Below, one piece after another: positions 49,701 to 60,360 of a DNA stretch of 64,000 nt (positions within the stretch are counted from its first letter, which is position 1; every line of letters begins with the position of its first letter). The position numbers were made by a program, and so were the translations under genes. A model generated the notes under the pieces. It worked only from the letters and a program-made list of their open reading frames with translations. It searched no databases and was not told the DNA's origin. Source of the stretch: a virus; the IMG/VR virus record IMGVR_UViG_3300030104_004245, positions 57,759 through 121,758 of that record. One strand, 5' to 3'.

Positions 49701-52700
49701 TTAATTTTGCACAGCACCACCCATAGATTTTTTATATTGATTTTTAGATTGTATTGTTGTATTTGCTATACCTGTTAATATTTCTAATCTATCAAATAAG
49801 TTATCTTGTAATTGTTTATTGCTTACACCAGCCATTTCAGTGTAATTATTAGAAAGAACTACATTACCGCTTTCTTCATCAAATCTATATGTTTGCATAT
49901 CTATCATAGTTCCATCTGGACTATTTCTGTAAGTAACTGTTCCACCATTTGGTATTGATGCTGTAAAATGTCCATAATGATTCATTATTGAATTGATGTA
50001 ATCTTGACCTTGATTAGAACTCTTTAAAGGATTATTATCTAAATCTTTTTCAACAAATATCATAATAGAATTTTTTTGCCAAAAATCACTATCTTGGTTT
50101 ACAGCACCTCCTTTAGGTGAAGCAGTGCTGTTATCTGCTGGTGTTACAGCTTTACTAATTAAATTATTAGCAACTTTATTTGTAAAGCTTAATTCATAAG
50201 CAGCATATTTATTTTCTGCATCTTGACCTCCTGCACCATCTGGTATATATTTTAATTGAAATTGTGCTCTTGCAGCATCAGAATTTGTTTTAGGATCATA
50301 TGCTAAAGTTTTTTTCCATGCCTCTAAAACATTTTCTGCTTCTGGATCACTTATAAATGTACCTAAGTCTTCTTCTTCATCAGTCATTTCATCTTCATCA
50401 AAACTATAAGACTGATCTCCAATTCTTGTAATATAATTATTAGGTATTTTTGTCACATCTAAAAGTGATGCTATATGAGGAACAGCCATTTTTGCTGATT
50501 GTTTTCCCTTTTTTAAGTCCCATGCATCATAGTCAAAGTTGTATACATAACCTGCTGTTGCACCAGTTCCTAATTGAGGTAAACCTGCTGTAAAAGAACG
50601 TACATCAAATGTTGGAAGTCCGCCACCCCAATTAGCATCAGGATCCATAGCTAATCTATTTTGAAAAAATCTTAAATCTTCATATACTTCTTTTGCATCT
50701 TTTCTAGCTTTTTCTTCATTAAAAACAATTTGCCCTCCACTACCTTCTCCATAGTTTGTAGGTGTACGAAATTCATAACCTTTAGAAGATCCTAAATCAA
50801 TTTTAGGAGATATAACTCCCCAATATGGATAATTTTTCTTTAAAGTTTTTGGGTTCATTTTATCCCTATCTTCTTTACTAGGTGCTATACTCTTATAATA
50901 GTTTACCCAGTTGTCTATATAAGATTGTTCATCAAAAGTAATAATATTTGCACTATTAAAGTTTTTACCTTCTTTTGAATCTTTTAGTCTTTTTGCAAGC
51001 ACTTGATCCCAAGTAACACGTTGACCACTATTTAAAAGTTCAAGTTCATGTTCATACATAGCTAAGGGCAACTTCCCATTTAAAGATGGAACTTTACCTG
51101 GTATAACATTAGAAAGGTTAAATTTAGTTTTATTAAGTTCTTCTGTAGCTGAATTTGTAATAGAAGTTAATCCTTCAACTTCTAATTGATTTTCAACCAT
51201 TTGTCTAGAAAAGGCAGGATTATCTGCACCATTTGCATTTTGCCAAACATAAGCATTTATTTGTCTGCCATTAAAATCAACAGGTTGCACTTGAAATTGA
51301 TTGCTACTTTCAAAAACACTTTGATATAATCTATCTAACTCATCACTATTTTCTGGCATGCTCATGTATTGCTTAAATGTAGCTAGATCTGTACTGACTT
51401 GTTCTTTTTCTAAATCATTAGCAGCAGATATAACTGATTCAGCCATAACTCCATCTAGATTTCCATAAATATTTTCAACACTTGAAACCAATGGGTTTTG
51501 ACGGCTGTATGTGATTTGACCAGGTTGACCTGTTAAATTATTATTTTGAGAAAATCCTGTATCTTTATTATTATAAGCATCTAAAATAGTTTTAATTTTA
51601 GCATCTGTTGTTTTGTTAGCTAGATCAGCAATTCCATCATTTTGTATTTTATCCCAATATACATTTTCAAACTTTTTCCTATCTTTACTCTCTTTAATAT
51701 TTTCCCAATCAATACCTGGATAATTGTATTGTGAAACTTGAGGATCTGCAAAAGGATTCCAAGGTTCTCCTCCTCCAATCTCTCCTTTTTTCATTGCTAG
51801 TATTTCATCTAACCGTGCTTTATGAGCTTGTTGTGCTAATTTATGACGGTGTTGCATAAGAAGCTTTTCTCTTTCATTAAATTTAACATCTGTCTTTTTA
51901 CCTATAGTAGCATAAAGACTTGAAGCATTTGAAATATCTCTAGCAATATTATCTACAGCAATTGCTTTATAAGCTAAACCTTCTAATTGTCTCATGTTTT
52001 CTACTGGTGATTTTAAATCTGTAACATTTTTAGACATGCTACGTTTTGTTTCTTCTAATAATTGCAATTGATCTAAAATTCCTGTATAGTATTGATACTC
52101 ACCAGTTCCTGGAACTATACCAGTTTTTTCCATATATGCTTGCCAATTTTGTGAAGTAGTTTCTAATCCCTTCATTTCACTGTCAAGTCTTACTATTTGT
52201 TGTACTTGATTATCAACTGACTGTCTTACTATATCTTGCAACCACCATTGTTTTGCTTTTTCTTCATTACCATATGTTTTAATGTTTTCTGGATTACTCC
52301 ACCAGTTTCTTCCTTCTACATATGCAGATGTGGCATAATAATCTTGTACTCTAGGATCTTGTAATAATGTTTGATTTAAATAATCTGCAGCTCTATTTAC
52401 AGTAATAGGTTTTAATTTACCATTTTCTTTTATAAGTCTGCCTTGACTATCTCTTTCATATCCTACAACATCTGCAGTTATAGCTGTACCATTTGTAGTA
52501 GTTATTTCTAAACCTTGATCTGTCATCTCCCAAGATGAAATATCTTTATTACCTGTCCATTCTTTTAACTTTTCTATACCTAAATCTATCATATTAACAT
52601 TAGGAACATACTTTGGAATAGGAACTGACATAGCTTGATCAGGAGTCATTTTAGAAAAGTCTTCTAAATGCCATTGTAATCTTTGCATTCCTTGATTCCA

Positions 52701-53111
52701 ATACATTTCTCTTTGCTTTTCATCATTTGAATACCTTAACTTTTCAGCTTCTTTCATTTGTTTTTTTACTGATGCAGTATATCCCATATCATATAGGATT
52801 TTATCATCTTCATAAAACGGTCTAAATAAAGCTTTAGCTTGTTCTACATTACCTTGTAAAGAAAGATCTTTTCCGCTGACTTGTTTTAATTTTTCACTTA
52901 AATTTTTAGCATATGAATCTCTAGTTTTTCTGTTGGCATCAATACTAAGATCTGCATTAACTACCTGATTATACAAACTGTTTAATTGCTTAAAATTGCT
53001 TGTATATCTATCCTGCCTAACTTCTAGGACATCTTGTAAAAACTTATAATTTGGTGTAAAAGGTTTTAATTTTGGAATATAATCTTTAACACCTGGTATA
53101 TATGTAGCCAT
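49701..53111 (-). CDS. Large putative virion ejection/cargo protein (1136 aa)
   Basis: Largely helical ORF directly upstream of the RNAP gene, where crAss-like phages place cargo proteins. Confidence 0.7.
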   Translation of the reverse strand: MATYIPGVKDYIPKLKPFTPNYKFLQDVLEVRQDRYTSNFKQLNSLYNQVVNADLSIDANRKTRDSYAKNLSEKLKQVSGKDLSLQGNVEQAKALFRPFYEDDKILYDMGYTASVKKQMKEAEKLRYSNDEKQREMYWNQGMQRLQWHLEDFSKMTPDQAMSVPIPKYVPNVNMIDLGIEKLKEWTGNKDISSWEMTDQGLEITTTNGTAITADVVGYERDSQGRLIKENGKLKPITVNRAADYLNQTLLQDPRVQDYYATSAYVEGRNWWSNPENIKTYGNEEKAKQWWLQDIVRQSVDNQVQQIVRLDSEMKGLETTSQNWQAYMEKTGIVPGTGEYQYYTGILDQLQLLEETKRSMSKNVTDLKSPVENMRQLEGLAYKAIAVDNIARDISNASSLYATIGKKTDVKFNEREKLLMQHRHKLAQQAHKARLDEILAMKKGEIGGGEPWNPFADPQVSQYNYPGIDWENIKESKDRKKFENVYWDKIQNDGIADLANKTTDAKIKTILDAYNNKDTGFSQNNNLTGQPGQITYSRQNPLVSSVENIYGNLDGVMAESVISAANDLEKEQVSTDLATFKQYMSMPENSDELDRLYQSVFESSNQFQVQPVDFNGRQINAYVWQNANGADNPAFSRQMVENQLEVEGLTSITNSATEELNKTKFNLSNVIPGKVPSLNGKLPLAMYEHELELLNSGQRVTWDQVLAKRLKDSKEGKNFNSANIITFDEQSYIDNWVNYYKSIAPSKEDRDKMNPKTLKKNYPYWGVISPKIDLGSSKGYEFRTPTNYGEGSGGQIVFNEEKARKDAKEVYEDLRFFQNRLAMDPDANWGGGLPTFDVRSFTAGLPQLGTGATAGYVYNFDYDAWDLKKGKQSAKMAVPHIASLLDVTKIPNNYITRIGDQSYSFDEDEMTDEEEDLGTFISDPEAENVLEAWKKTLAYDPKTNSDAARAQFQLKYIPDGAGGQDAENKYAAYELSFTNKVANNLISKAVTPADNSTASPKGGAVNQDSDFWQKNSIMIFVEKDLDNNPLKSSNQGQDYINSIMNHYGHFTASIPNGGTVTYRNSPDGTMIDMQTYRFDEESGNVVLSNNYTEMAGVSNKQLQDNLFDRLEILTGIANTTIQSKNQYKKSMGGAVQN

Positions 53112-53170
53112 AATTTAAAATTACTAAAATTTTTTAAGTTTTAAAAGTGAATAAACTAAACTTTTAATGT

Positions 53171-56100
53171 TTAATCTACCCATTTTCCACGTAAAGGAGA
53201 AAACCATTTTCTCAATTCTGCTCCTTTATTTGCTATTCTTTGTCTTTTATTTTCACCTCCTCTTTGTGACTTTACACCACCAGGGTAATTCATCATGTTT
53301 AACATAGCTTGTCTATTATCAAAATGATGTGCACCTTGATGTTGATTAGGTGCATCAAATCCCTGACTTTTATACAATGCTAATCTTTCTTCTGCAGTTA
53401 ATTTATCTTTATCAATATTATACATTGCTAAATAATTGTCAACATTTGTACCTTGACTAGAAGTTCCATCCATAGCTGTAGTTGATCTTGTTAAGTCTCC
53501 TTGATAACTTGGATCAAATTGAGCAATACCACCTGTTGCTGGATTAATATTAAACTCAGGATACAATTGATTAAGATTATGAGTGTATGCTCTATTGGTA
53601 TACATGTTCTGCATTTGCTTTGTTATTTCAGCATTAGCTTCTTTTAAAGCATTATCATAATTTTGGTCTGTTAAAATAGTATCATCATATAATTTTTTCA
53701 AAGATTCTTTGTTTACTATATCTGCTGTTTGTGATAATTCAACATTTTTAGAATTTACAATATTAGCAGTTTGAACATTTGCTCCTTGAGTTCTAGCCAT
53801 GGTATCTGCAATCTGTTGTGCAGCAACACCTTGTGCTTTTGCTTGTACAGCAGCAGCTCTTTGAGGTCCAGAAAATGCTGTAGCTGTTTGAGCAGCTATA
53901 GCAGCTTGTTCTCCAATAGCAGCAATCTCTCTTGTAGGATCTTGGAATACAGCATCAATTTGTTCTTTTTCAATTCTAGGTGCCCATGGATAATATTTTT
54001 TTAATTGGAATTTATTATCTATAGCATTCATTAATCCTAATTGATCTTGTAACCAAAACTCTGGATCAGCTTCTTCTGTAGGTTGTACTTCATCTGGTTC
54101 ATCTAATTCTCTTACCTCTTCAACAGGAGGTGCACAATCTAATGCAGTTCCTTCTGTAAACCATCCAGGACCGCAACCATCTTTTTTACTAAAGACTTGT
54201 GATATTTGTTTTCCTTCTTCAGAACATTTTATACAAACAACTTCCATTGGACTTTTCTTAAAGTCTGAAACTCCTTGTGTAAAAACTCCATGTTTATTAT
54301 CTTTTCCAAATGGATTACCTTTACCATGATCACCAAATGTTACAGATTGCATGTAAGCTTGTTTAGCAGTTTCTTCATCACCATATGCTGCTATCATTTT
54401 TTCTCTTAGTTCAGCATCACTATCCCAAGCGTTTAAAGCACCTTTAGCATGTTGTGATTGGAAGTCTAGAACCATAGTACTATCATTACCTCTACCAACG
54501 TATTGATCTTGATACTCTTCATAATTCATAATACCCATATTAGCAAATGACTGCTTGTTGTTTTCATAATGCCATTTTTGTCCTTCAGGACTCATCATCC
54601 ATTTACTTGTTGCTTCTTCATCAGCAAAATATTCAGAATCTGGTATTCCTGATTGTTGATCTATTCCTTGTATAGAACCAAGATCATCCATATCTTGAAT
54701 GTTATATCCTAGATCCCTCATCATATCTCTAATCCATTTTGCATCTTCATCATATTGGAATTCTCCTTGTTTTCTAGGTGCTACATTAACACCTTCTTCT
54801 TGCTGTTCTTGATCTTCATCTGATAACTCATCTTCATCTGTTTCTCCAGCAAGTTGATACATATCAAGTTCTTCTCCATCAACAAAGGCTTTTAATTCAC
54901 TAAATGGATCTCCCCCATAACGTGCCTCTTCTTCAGCAGGCTCTTCTGCAGGTTCTGCTTCAGCTACTGGCTCTTCTTCTACTGCTGGCTCTTCTACATC
55001 TGCTGTCACTGGTGCTTCATCTACTGTTGCAGTTTCTGTTGGTGGTTCTAATGGTGAAGGTGCTGCATTTGCTGCAGCTGTTGCTGCTCCTGTTGCTCCT
55101 GGAGCTGATTCTGTAGCTCCTGTTGCTCCTGCTGCACTTGCAATTGAACCACCTGGTGTAGTACTAGGTGTAATTGAACCACCTGGTGTGGTAGTGCTTG
55201 CTGTAGTTGTAGTACTAGTAGGTGTAGTTACACTAGGTCCAGTAGTTGTACTAGGTGGAGTAATGTTACTAGCTGTAGTAGTTGCAGTTGGTGCCGCTTG
55301 AGGACCCATAGCTGGCATTCCTGGTATTCCTCCTGGCATTCCTGGTATTGCTGATGTTACTGGCGGTGGAGCTGTAGGATTTGTAGGTGTAGTAGCTTGT
55401 GCCAACTGATCTGCAGGTGGAGTAGTTGGTATTGCTCCTGGCTCTTCTTTTGTTTTATTATTTTTTCCAACTACTTCATTTTTAACATTAGATCCTGTAA
55501 CAAAATCCGCTTTCTTAGCCAAGTTAGTTCCTTGTCCAATTTGCCCTGCTTGTTTAAGACCAGTACCTGTTAAACCTGCTTGATTTTTTACTCCAACAGT
55601 TTTTAAACCTTTAGCTTTATACGCATTTCCAACATTTTTCATTGTATCTACAACGCCTTTACCAGCTAAACCTGCGGTTTCATCTATTGCGCCTTTACCT
55701 ATAGCCTTAACTATATTTGTAGCACCTTTAGCACCTCTTGCTGCTTGACTCATTTGGCCAACACCTGGTATCATAGCTACAGCATTAAGCCCCATCTCTT
55801 TAGTGTATTGTGCAGCTCCTGCATCATCTCCGGTTGCTTTAGCATAAGCAGCTCTACCTCCTGATATAGCAACATTAGCTGCATCAGCAAGATTTCCAAC
55901 ACCTGGAATCATACCTGCAACAGCTAAACCTTTTTGACTCCAATCTAAAAAGCTTTTACCCCATCCTGCTTGTGGAAGTTCTTTACCATATCTAGCCATC
56001 ATTTCTAAATTCTGTTGTTCCATAGGAGGAACAGGTATAGGATTTAATTGTGGTGGAGATTGTTCTTGATGAGGAGCAATTTCTTGTCTATTTGCTTTAT

Positions 56101-56896
56101 CAATATCTGCTTGATTAGGATCTTTTATAGCATCTATTTGATCAAATATTTGTTGAAGTTGCATTACTTTTTCTTGCATGCTTGCTGGCATTTGCATCAT
56201 TGATTTTGCAATTGCCTCTTCTTTACTTATATTTTCTACAGCTTGAGAAAATTCAATAGGATCAGCACCTTTCTTTTTTATATAAGGGTATGCTGCCATA
56301 GGTACACCTTCATCAAATTCTTTTTTTCTTTCTTGAATAAATGCTAGTTGAGATAATTTATTTTTATTTTTATCTAACATATATTCAGCAGTATCTACAG
56401 TTATATGATCTGAATTAGGATCATTTAATAATGCTATATAGTCATTTAAATCATATTTTTTTGAAACCTTAGCGGGAGTTATTTTCTTTTTAGACTGAAT
56501 ACCCATTTCTAATAATTCATTCTTGTTAAGCTTCATGCTTCTTGTATCAGAATAAATAAAAGATTGTGGAGGAAGATTTAACGGAGTACCACCACTACTA
56601 TGTCTATTACCACCAATGTTATATAATTCAAAAGCACCGTCATTGTTAAGATCTGTTAAAGCAGTTTCTCCTCTTTCAGCCTCAAGATTTGATCTGTCTC
56701 TAGGTTCTGGTGATAAAGTTTTATTAACTGTAGAAAATGGTCCAGAGTTATCAACATTAGAATTACCAGTAAACGTTACTAAACCAAAATCTGATTGATC
56801 TCCTGTTCTAGATACAACAGGAGAAGAAGTTTTAGTAATTTTACCACCTTTAATTTTATAACCTTCTGGTAATTTTTTTATTCTAACTTTTGCCAT
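53171..56896 (-). CDS. Modular putative cargo protein with pre-toxin-TG-like hairpin and low-complexity linker (1241 aa)
   Basis: LEAERGE...GNRHSSGG N-terminal domain; AGMIPGVGNLADAAN...AVAMIPGVG; long P/T/A/E-rich tract; ARYGKE, ARYGGD and SQRGGE motifs. Confidence 0.7.
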   Translation of the reverse strand: MAKVRIKKLPEGYKIKGGKITKTSSPVVSRTGDQSDFGLVTFTGNSNVDNSGPFSTVNKTLSPEPRDRSNLEAERGETALTDLNNDGAFELYNIGGNRHSSGGTPLNLPPQSFIYSDTRSMKLNKNELLEMGIQSKKKITPAKVSKKYDLNDYIALLNDPNSDHITVDTAEYMLDKNKNKLSQLAFIQERKKEFDEGVPMAAYPYIKKKGADPIEFSQAVENISKEEAIAKSMMQMPASMQEKVMQLQQIFDQIDAIKDPNQADIDKANRQEIAPHQEQSPPQLNPIPVPPMEQQNLEMMARYGKELPQAGWGKSFLDWSQKGLAVAGMIPGVGNLADAANVAISGGRAAYAKATGDDAGAAQYTKEMGLNAVAMIPGVGQMSQAARGAKGATNIVKAIGKGAIDETAGLAGKGVVDTMKNVGNAYKAKGLKTVGVKNQAGLTGTGLKQAGQIGQGTNLAKKADFVTGSNVKNEVVGKNNKTKEEPGAIPTTPPADQLAQATTPTNPTAPPPVTSAIPGMPGGIPGMPAMGPQAAPTATTTASNITPPSTTTGPSVTTPTSTTTTASTTTPGGSITPSTTPGGSIASAAGATGATESAPGATGAATAAANAAPSPLEPPTETATVDEAPVTADVEEPAVEEEPVAEAEPAEEPAEEEARYGGDPFSELKAFVDGEELDMYQLAGETDEDELSDEDQEQQEEGVNVAPRKQGEFQYDEDAKWIRDMMRDLGYNIQDMDDLGSIQGIDQQSGIPDSEYFADEEATSKWMMSPEGQKWHYENNKQSFANMGIMNYEEYQDQYVGRGNDSTMVLDFQSQHAKGALNAWDSDAELREKMIAAYGDEETAKQAYMQSVTFGDHGKGNPFGKDNKHGVFTQGVSDFKKSPMEVVCIKCSEEGKQISQVFSKKDGCGPGWFTEGTALDCAPPVEEVRELDEPDEVQPTEEADPEFWLQDQLGLMNAIDNKFQLKKYYPWAPRIEKEQIDAVFQDPTREIAAIGEQAAIAAQTATAFSGPQRAAAVQAKAQGVAAQQIADTMARTQGANVQTANIVNSKNVELSQTADIVNKESLKKLYDDTILTDQNYDNALKEANAEITKQMQNMYTNRAYTHNLNQLYPEFNINPATGGIAQFDPSYQGDLTRSTTAMDGTSSQGTNVDNYLAMYNIDKDKLTAEERLALYKSQGFDAPNQHQGAHHFDNRQAMLNMMNYPGGVKSQRGGENKRQRIANKGAELRKWFSPLRGKWVD

Positions 56897-56897
56897 A

Positions 56898-59800
56898 TTA
56901 TAAATATTCTATCTCTGCGCCCAGAGCCATTAGTTCATTAATTGTTGATTCATCTAAATCTATAGTTGTATCTATATCATCATATTGTCTACCTCTTAAC
57001 TGTTCTGTTCTTCCACCCATTTCTTTTATGGTATCTTTTAATATTGTCTTTTTACCCCCGCAAGCTGCTTTACAACATTCTGCATCAGTTCTAGTAGGTG
57101 GACATGGATAATAACTTTTATTACAAGAACTACAAAATACAGATCTTGCAGATCCTCCTGATTGCATTTCTGGTAATTGTGGATTATTAAAGATGTCTCC
57201 GCCAGCTTGTAAAAATCTAGAAATTTCTTTTCCATATCTTCCTGTTGAACTTACTTCTTCTTTACCAATTTCTTCATTTGGTGTTTTTGAAATTAATTTT
57301 TCAGTTTCAGTTGTACCACGTACATTATCTCTTATAGATTCTAGTCTATTGCTTGCATATTCTTTACTACTATCCCATGCATCAGCAATTGGTTTATCTA
57401 GTCCGCTTTGTTTAGAAAGTTCCTGTGCTATTTTTATTTGTTTTGGTGTTAACATTTTATTTGCAAACTTTGTATGACCTTCCAACATGTGATTACTTGC
57501 ATCTCTTATTTGACTAGAAGTTTCTTCTTTTGATTGATTCATATAGTCTATTTGTGATAGCTTATGTGTACCTTGTACAGTTCCTATTCCTGCACTCAAA
57601 CCAGTTGCTAATTTACCAATAGGACCTATAGGATCTTTTTTAGCAACTTTATCTAATCCTTCTCTCATATCATCTGTTAAATCATAAGTACTTTGACCAT
57701 AAAAATCTGGAATCATTCCTTGCTCTCCTGCTCTATATCCTTCTAAATCTACAGCTTCATTAAACTCATCTTTTACTGGATTTACAATTTCATCTCTTGT
57801 CCAATTTTTAGCTTGATCAATTTTTGAACTAGCATAGTTAGCTGCTTGATCCCACCAAGGAGTACCTCCTTCTTGAGCTATAAATATTTCTTTTCCATAT
57901 TTACCACTTGCTGATTGAGGTGTTGAAGCATCTGCAAACATAGCTTCTCTCTTACGTCTTTTTTCTTCCCATCTATCTACAACAGGTTCTTCTTCATAAT
58001 TGTTTTCTGTACTACTAAGTAATGATTCAGTAACTGTATTAGATGGATAGATTAAATTATCATTAGAGCTGCTTGGAAGCTTATTAATAGTTTTAGTAGG
58101 TAAACTTATTGAAGTAATATTCTGATCTTTAATATCATTAGAAGCATTTTCAAGTTTATCTTCTTCAGTTAAAAAGTTTTGATTAGGATTATTTATTCTA
58201 TCAGCATATATAGCATCACCATAATCAGTCCAAACACTTGGATCATTTATATAATCTTGAGGTCTTGGTAAACCTTCTGCAAATATAGGTTGTTGATTAA
58301 CTCCTGATCCCCATCCTCCTCTAGTACTTTTTCTTTTTAAAGCCCATGCTGCATCTGCAAGCTGCATATCATTCCACGTATGTCCAGAATTTCTTTCCAT
58401 TACTTCTTTAAACATAACATAATCATCTATGTGTCTGTTATCATCATATGTTCCACTACCTTTAGGTCCTGGTCCAGAATTTTGATTAGGAAAGGGATCT
58501 TTTATTCTTCTTGTTTTTCCTTTTCTATCTAATAATTTAGGATTATAATTCATTGTATCAATTAAAATCTTATAATCTTTTTCACTAAAGTTTAAAGGTT
58601 CATCTAAACTCCATTGTTGTCCTGAATAATATCCTTCCCATGGTCCTTTTTTATAATGAGTTAAATTTCCTTCAGAATCAAGAACTCTACTTCCAGAAGA
58701 ATCACCTGCATCATACCAGTTTTGATACTTTTCACTTTTACCATAAGGATGCGTTCCTTCTGGATTCCAATATTCTACATCATAATTATAATCTTGAAAA
58801 GGGTCTTGATTAGAACCAGAGGGCATAAACTCATCAGAATTAGGATTATTATTTCTATCTCTTGTTTGCCATGTTCTTTCTATATCTTTATCTCTTACAG
58901 TTTGAGGAATCCAATCAGCATTACTCCAAGATCCTCCACTTTGCATAAGAGTTTGTATTTCTGTTCCGTATTTCCCTTGTCTTGACATAACTTTATCATC
59001 TTGTCTAAATATTCCTGTGTTAGGATCATAGTCTCCTTTTTGGCCTGATATATCAGCTTCTGTAGTTTGATAAACATTATCAGCCATTGTTTTTTTCATT
59101 TGCTCTCTTTTCTGCCTTTTTGCTTCTCTTTTTTCTAAAGTAGCATTTAATACTCTAGATATATCTACAGCACCTTGAGCAATTTTTTCAGCAGTCTGAA
59201 CTCCTTTGCTATCTTTAAAGTCCTTCCATCCTGATTTTTTTCCTTCACCATCATCTGATCCTTTTGGTTGTCCCTCACTATCATCTTCTGGATCACTATC
59301 TCCTTCAGCTTGTGGATCTCCTCCTGCATCATCTTCAGTAGTTGTTGGAGTATTACCAGGATCATCTTGACCAGGATCTTCATCAGCTGGATTTTCAGTA
59401 GCTGGATCTGTATTTTCTCCAGGTTGTCCTTCATTACTAGGTGCTTCTTCATCACCTCCTTGATCATCAAATGGAAAATCCTCTTGATTAGTTCCTTCTG
59501 GTAATTGAGGACCAATTTGAGGTTGAGCCATGCTTGCTGTATCTGCATCAACTGAATTAGGAATACCATCACTATCAGCATCTTGTCCCATAAAACTAAA
59601 ATCAGTTTCTTGAGGAGCTTGTTGTCCAGGTACGCCAGTTGAAACAGGACTTTGCATATTTTGACCTTCCTGTCCCATATTAACATTAGCTTCAGGTTGA
59701 TTATTCATTTGTTGAAGTGTAGCCCAATCTCTTTCCATTGGCCAAACATGACCGGTTCCTTGATCAGCTTTTTTTAATTCTCTTCCATACTTTACATAGT

Positions 59801-60287
59801 TTTCTGCTTTAAATCTATCTGCAACTCCTTTTAATGTAAATACCCAATCCATTAAATCTCCAGGTTCACCAACACCAGCTGTAGGAGATACGCCTGTTGA
59901 GTGACCTGCTATAGGGTAAGGAATTTTATTACTTGGTTTATCAGTCATTCTTGGAGGTGCATGTGTTGCATGATCCTCTGTTGTTTCTTCTTGTTTAGTT
60001 TCTTGATTTACAACTTGTCCATTTGCTGTACTATACTGTTCTCCTTGCCACCAAAAATTTTCTAATCCTTGAGATTTTGCTTGTTGAAGAGCTTCTTCAA
60101 ATTTTAAAGATTGTCCTTCACCGTGTGTAAAGGTTTCTAAAGACTCTTGATCATTCCATTGTACATTAGGATCCATATTCATTTCATTCATGTCTATGCC
60201 TAAATAGTTTGCATCAGGATCATACATGCCTGGTTCAACACCTCCTGTTTGATAACGTGGAATAAAATATTGTTTGTTGAAATTCAT
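56898..60287 (-). CDS. Modular, largely acidic putative cargo protein punctuated by xQxGG motifs (1129 aa)
   Basis: YQTGG, GKYGTEI..MQSGG, GKYGKEIFIAQEGG, GRYGKEISRFLQAGG, MQSGG; acidic disordered tracts. Confidence 0.7.
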   Translation of the reverse strand: MNFNKQYFIPRYQTGGVEPGMYDPDANYLGIDMNEMNMDPNVQWNDQESLETFTHGEGQSLKFEEALQQAKSQGLENFWWQGEQYSTANGQVVNQETKQEETTEDHATHAPPRMTDKPSNKIPYPIAGHSTGVSPTAGVGEPGDLMDWVFTLKGVADRFKAENYVKYGRELKKADQGTGHVWPMERDWATLQQMNNQPEANVNMGQEGQNMQSPVSTGVPGQQAPQETDFSFMGQDADSDGIPNSVDADTASMAQPQIGPQLPEGTNQEDFPFDDQGGDEEAPSNEGQPGENTDPATENPADEDPGQDDPGNTPTTTEDDAGGDPQAEGDSDPEDDSEGQPKGSDDGEGKKSGWKDFKDSKGVQTAEKIAQGAVDISRVLNATLEKREAKRQKREQMKKTMADNVYQTTEADISGQKGDYDPNTGIFRQDDKVMSRQGKYGTEIQTLMQSGGSWSNADWIPQTVRDKDIERTWQTRDRNNNPNSDEFMPSGSNQDPFQDYNYDVEYWNPEGTHPYGKSEKYQNWYDAGDSSGSRVLDSEGNLTHYKKGPWEGYYSGQQWSLDEPLNFSEKDYKILIDTMNYNPKLLDRKGKTRRIKDPFPNQNSGPGPKGSGTYDDNRHIDDYVMFKEVMERNSGHTWNDMQLADAAWALKRKSTRGGWGSGVNQQPIFAEGLPRPQDYINDPSVWTDYGDAIYADRINNPNQNFLTEEDKLENASNDIKDQNITSISLPTKTINKLPSSSNDNLIYPSNTVTESLLSSTENNYEEEPVVDRWEEKRRKREAMFADASTPQSASGKYGKEIFIAQEGGTPWWDQAANYASSKIDQAKNWTRDEIVNPVKDEFNEAVDLEGYRAGEQGMIPDFYGQSTYDLTDDMREGLDKVAKKDPIGPIGKLATGLSAGIGTVQGTHKLSQIDYMNQSKEETSSQIRDASNHMLEGHTKFANKMLTPKQIKIAQELSKQSGLDKPIADAWDSSKEYASNRLESIRDNVRGTTETEKLISKTPNEEIGKEEVSSTGRYGKEISRFLQAGGDIFNNPQLPEMQSGGSARSVFCSSCNKSYYPCPPTRTDAECCKAACGGKKTILKDTIKEMGGRTEQLRGRQYDDIDTTIDLDESTINELMALGAEIEYL

Positions 60288-60304
60288 TTTAAAATTTTAC
60301 ACTA

Positions 60305-60319
60305 TATATTATAATATAC
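60305..60319 (-). promoter_or_regulatory. Candidate phage late promoter
   Basis: TATATTATAATATAC on + strand, 17 nt from minus-strand ATG 60287. Confidence 0.65.
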
Positions 60320-60360
60320 TAAATTAAAGCCACATAATCTAATGATTATATAGCTATTGA

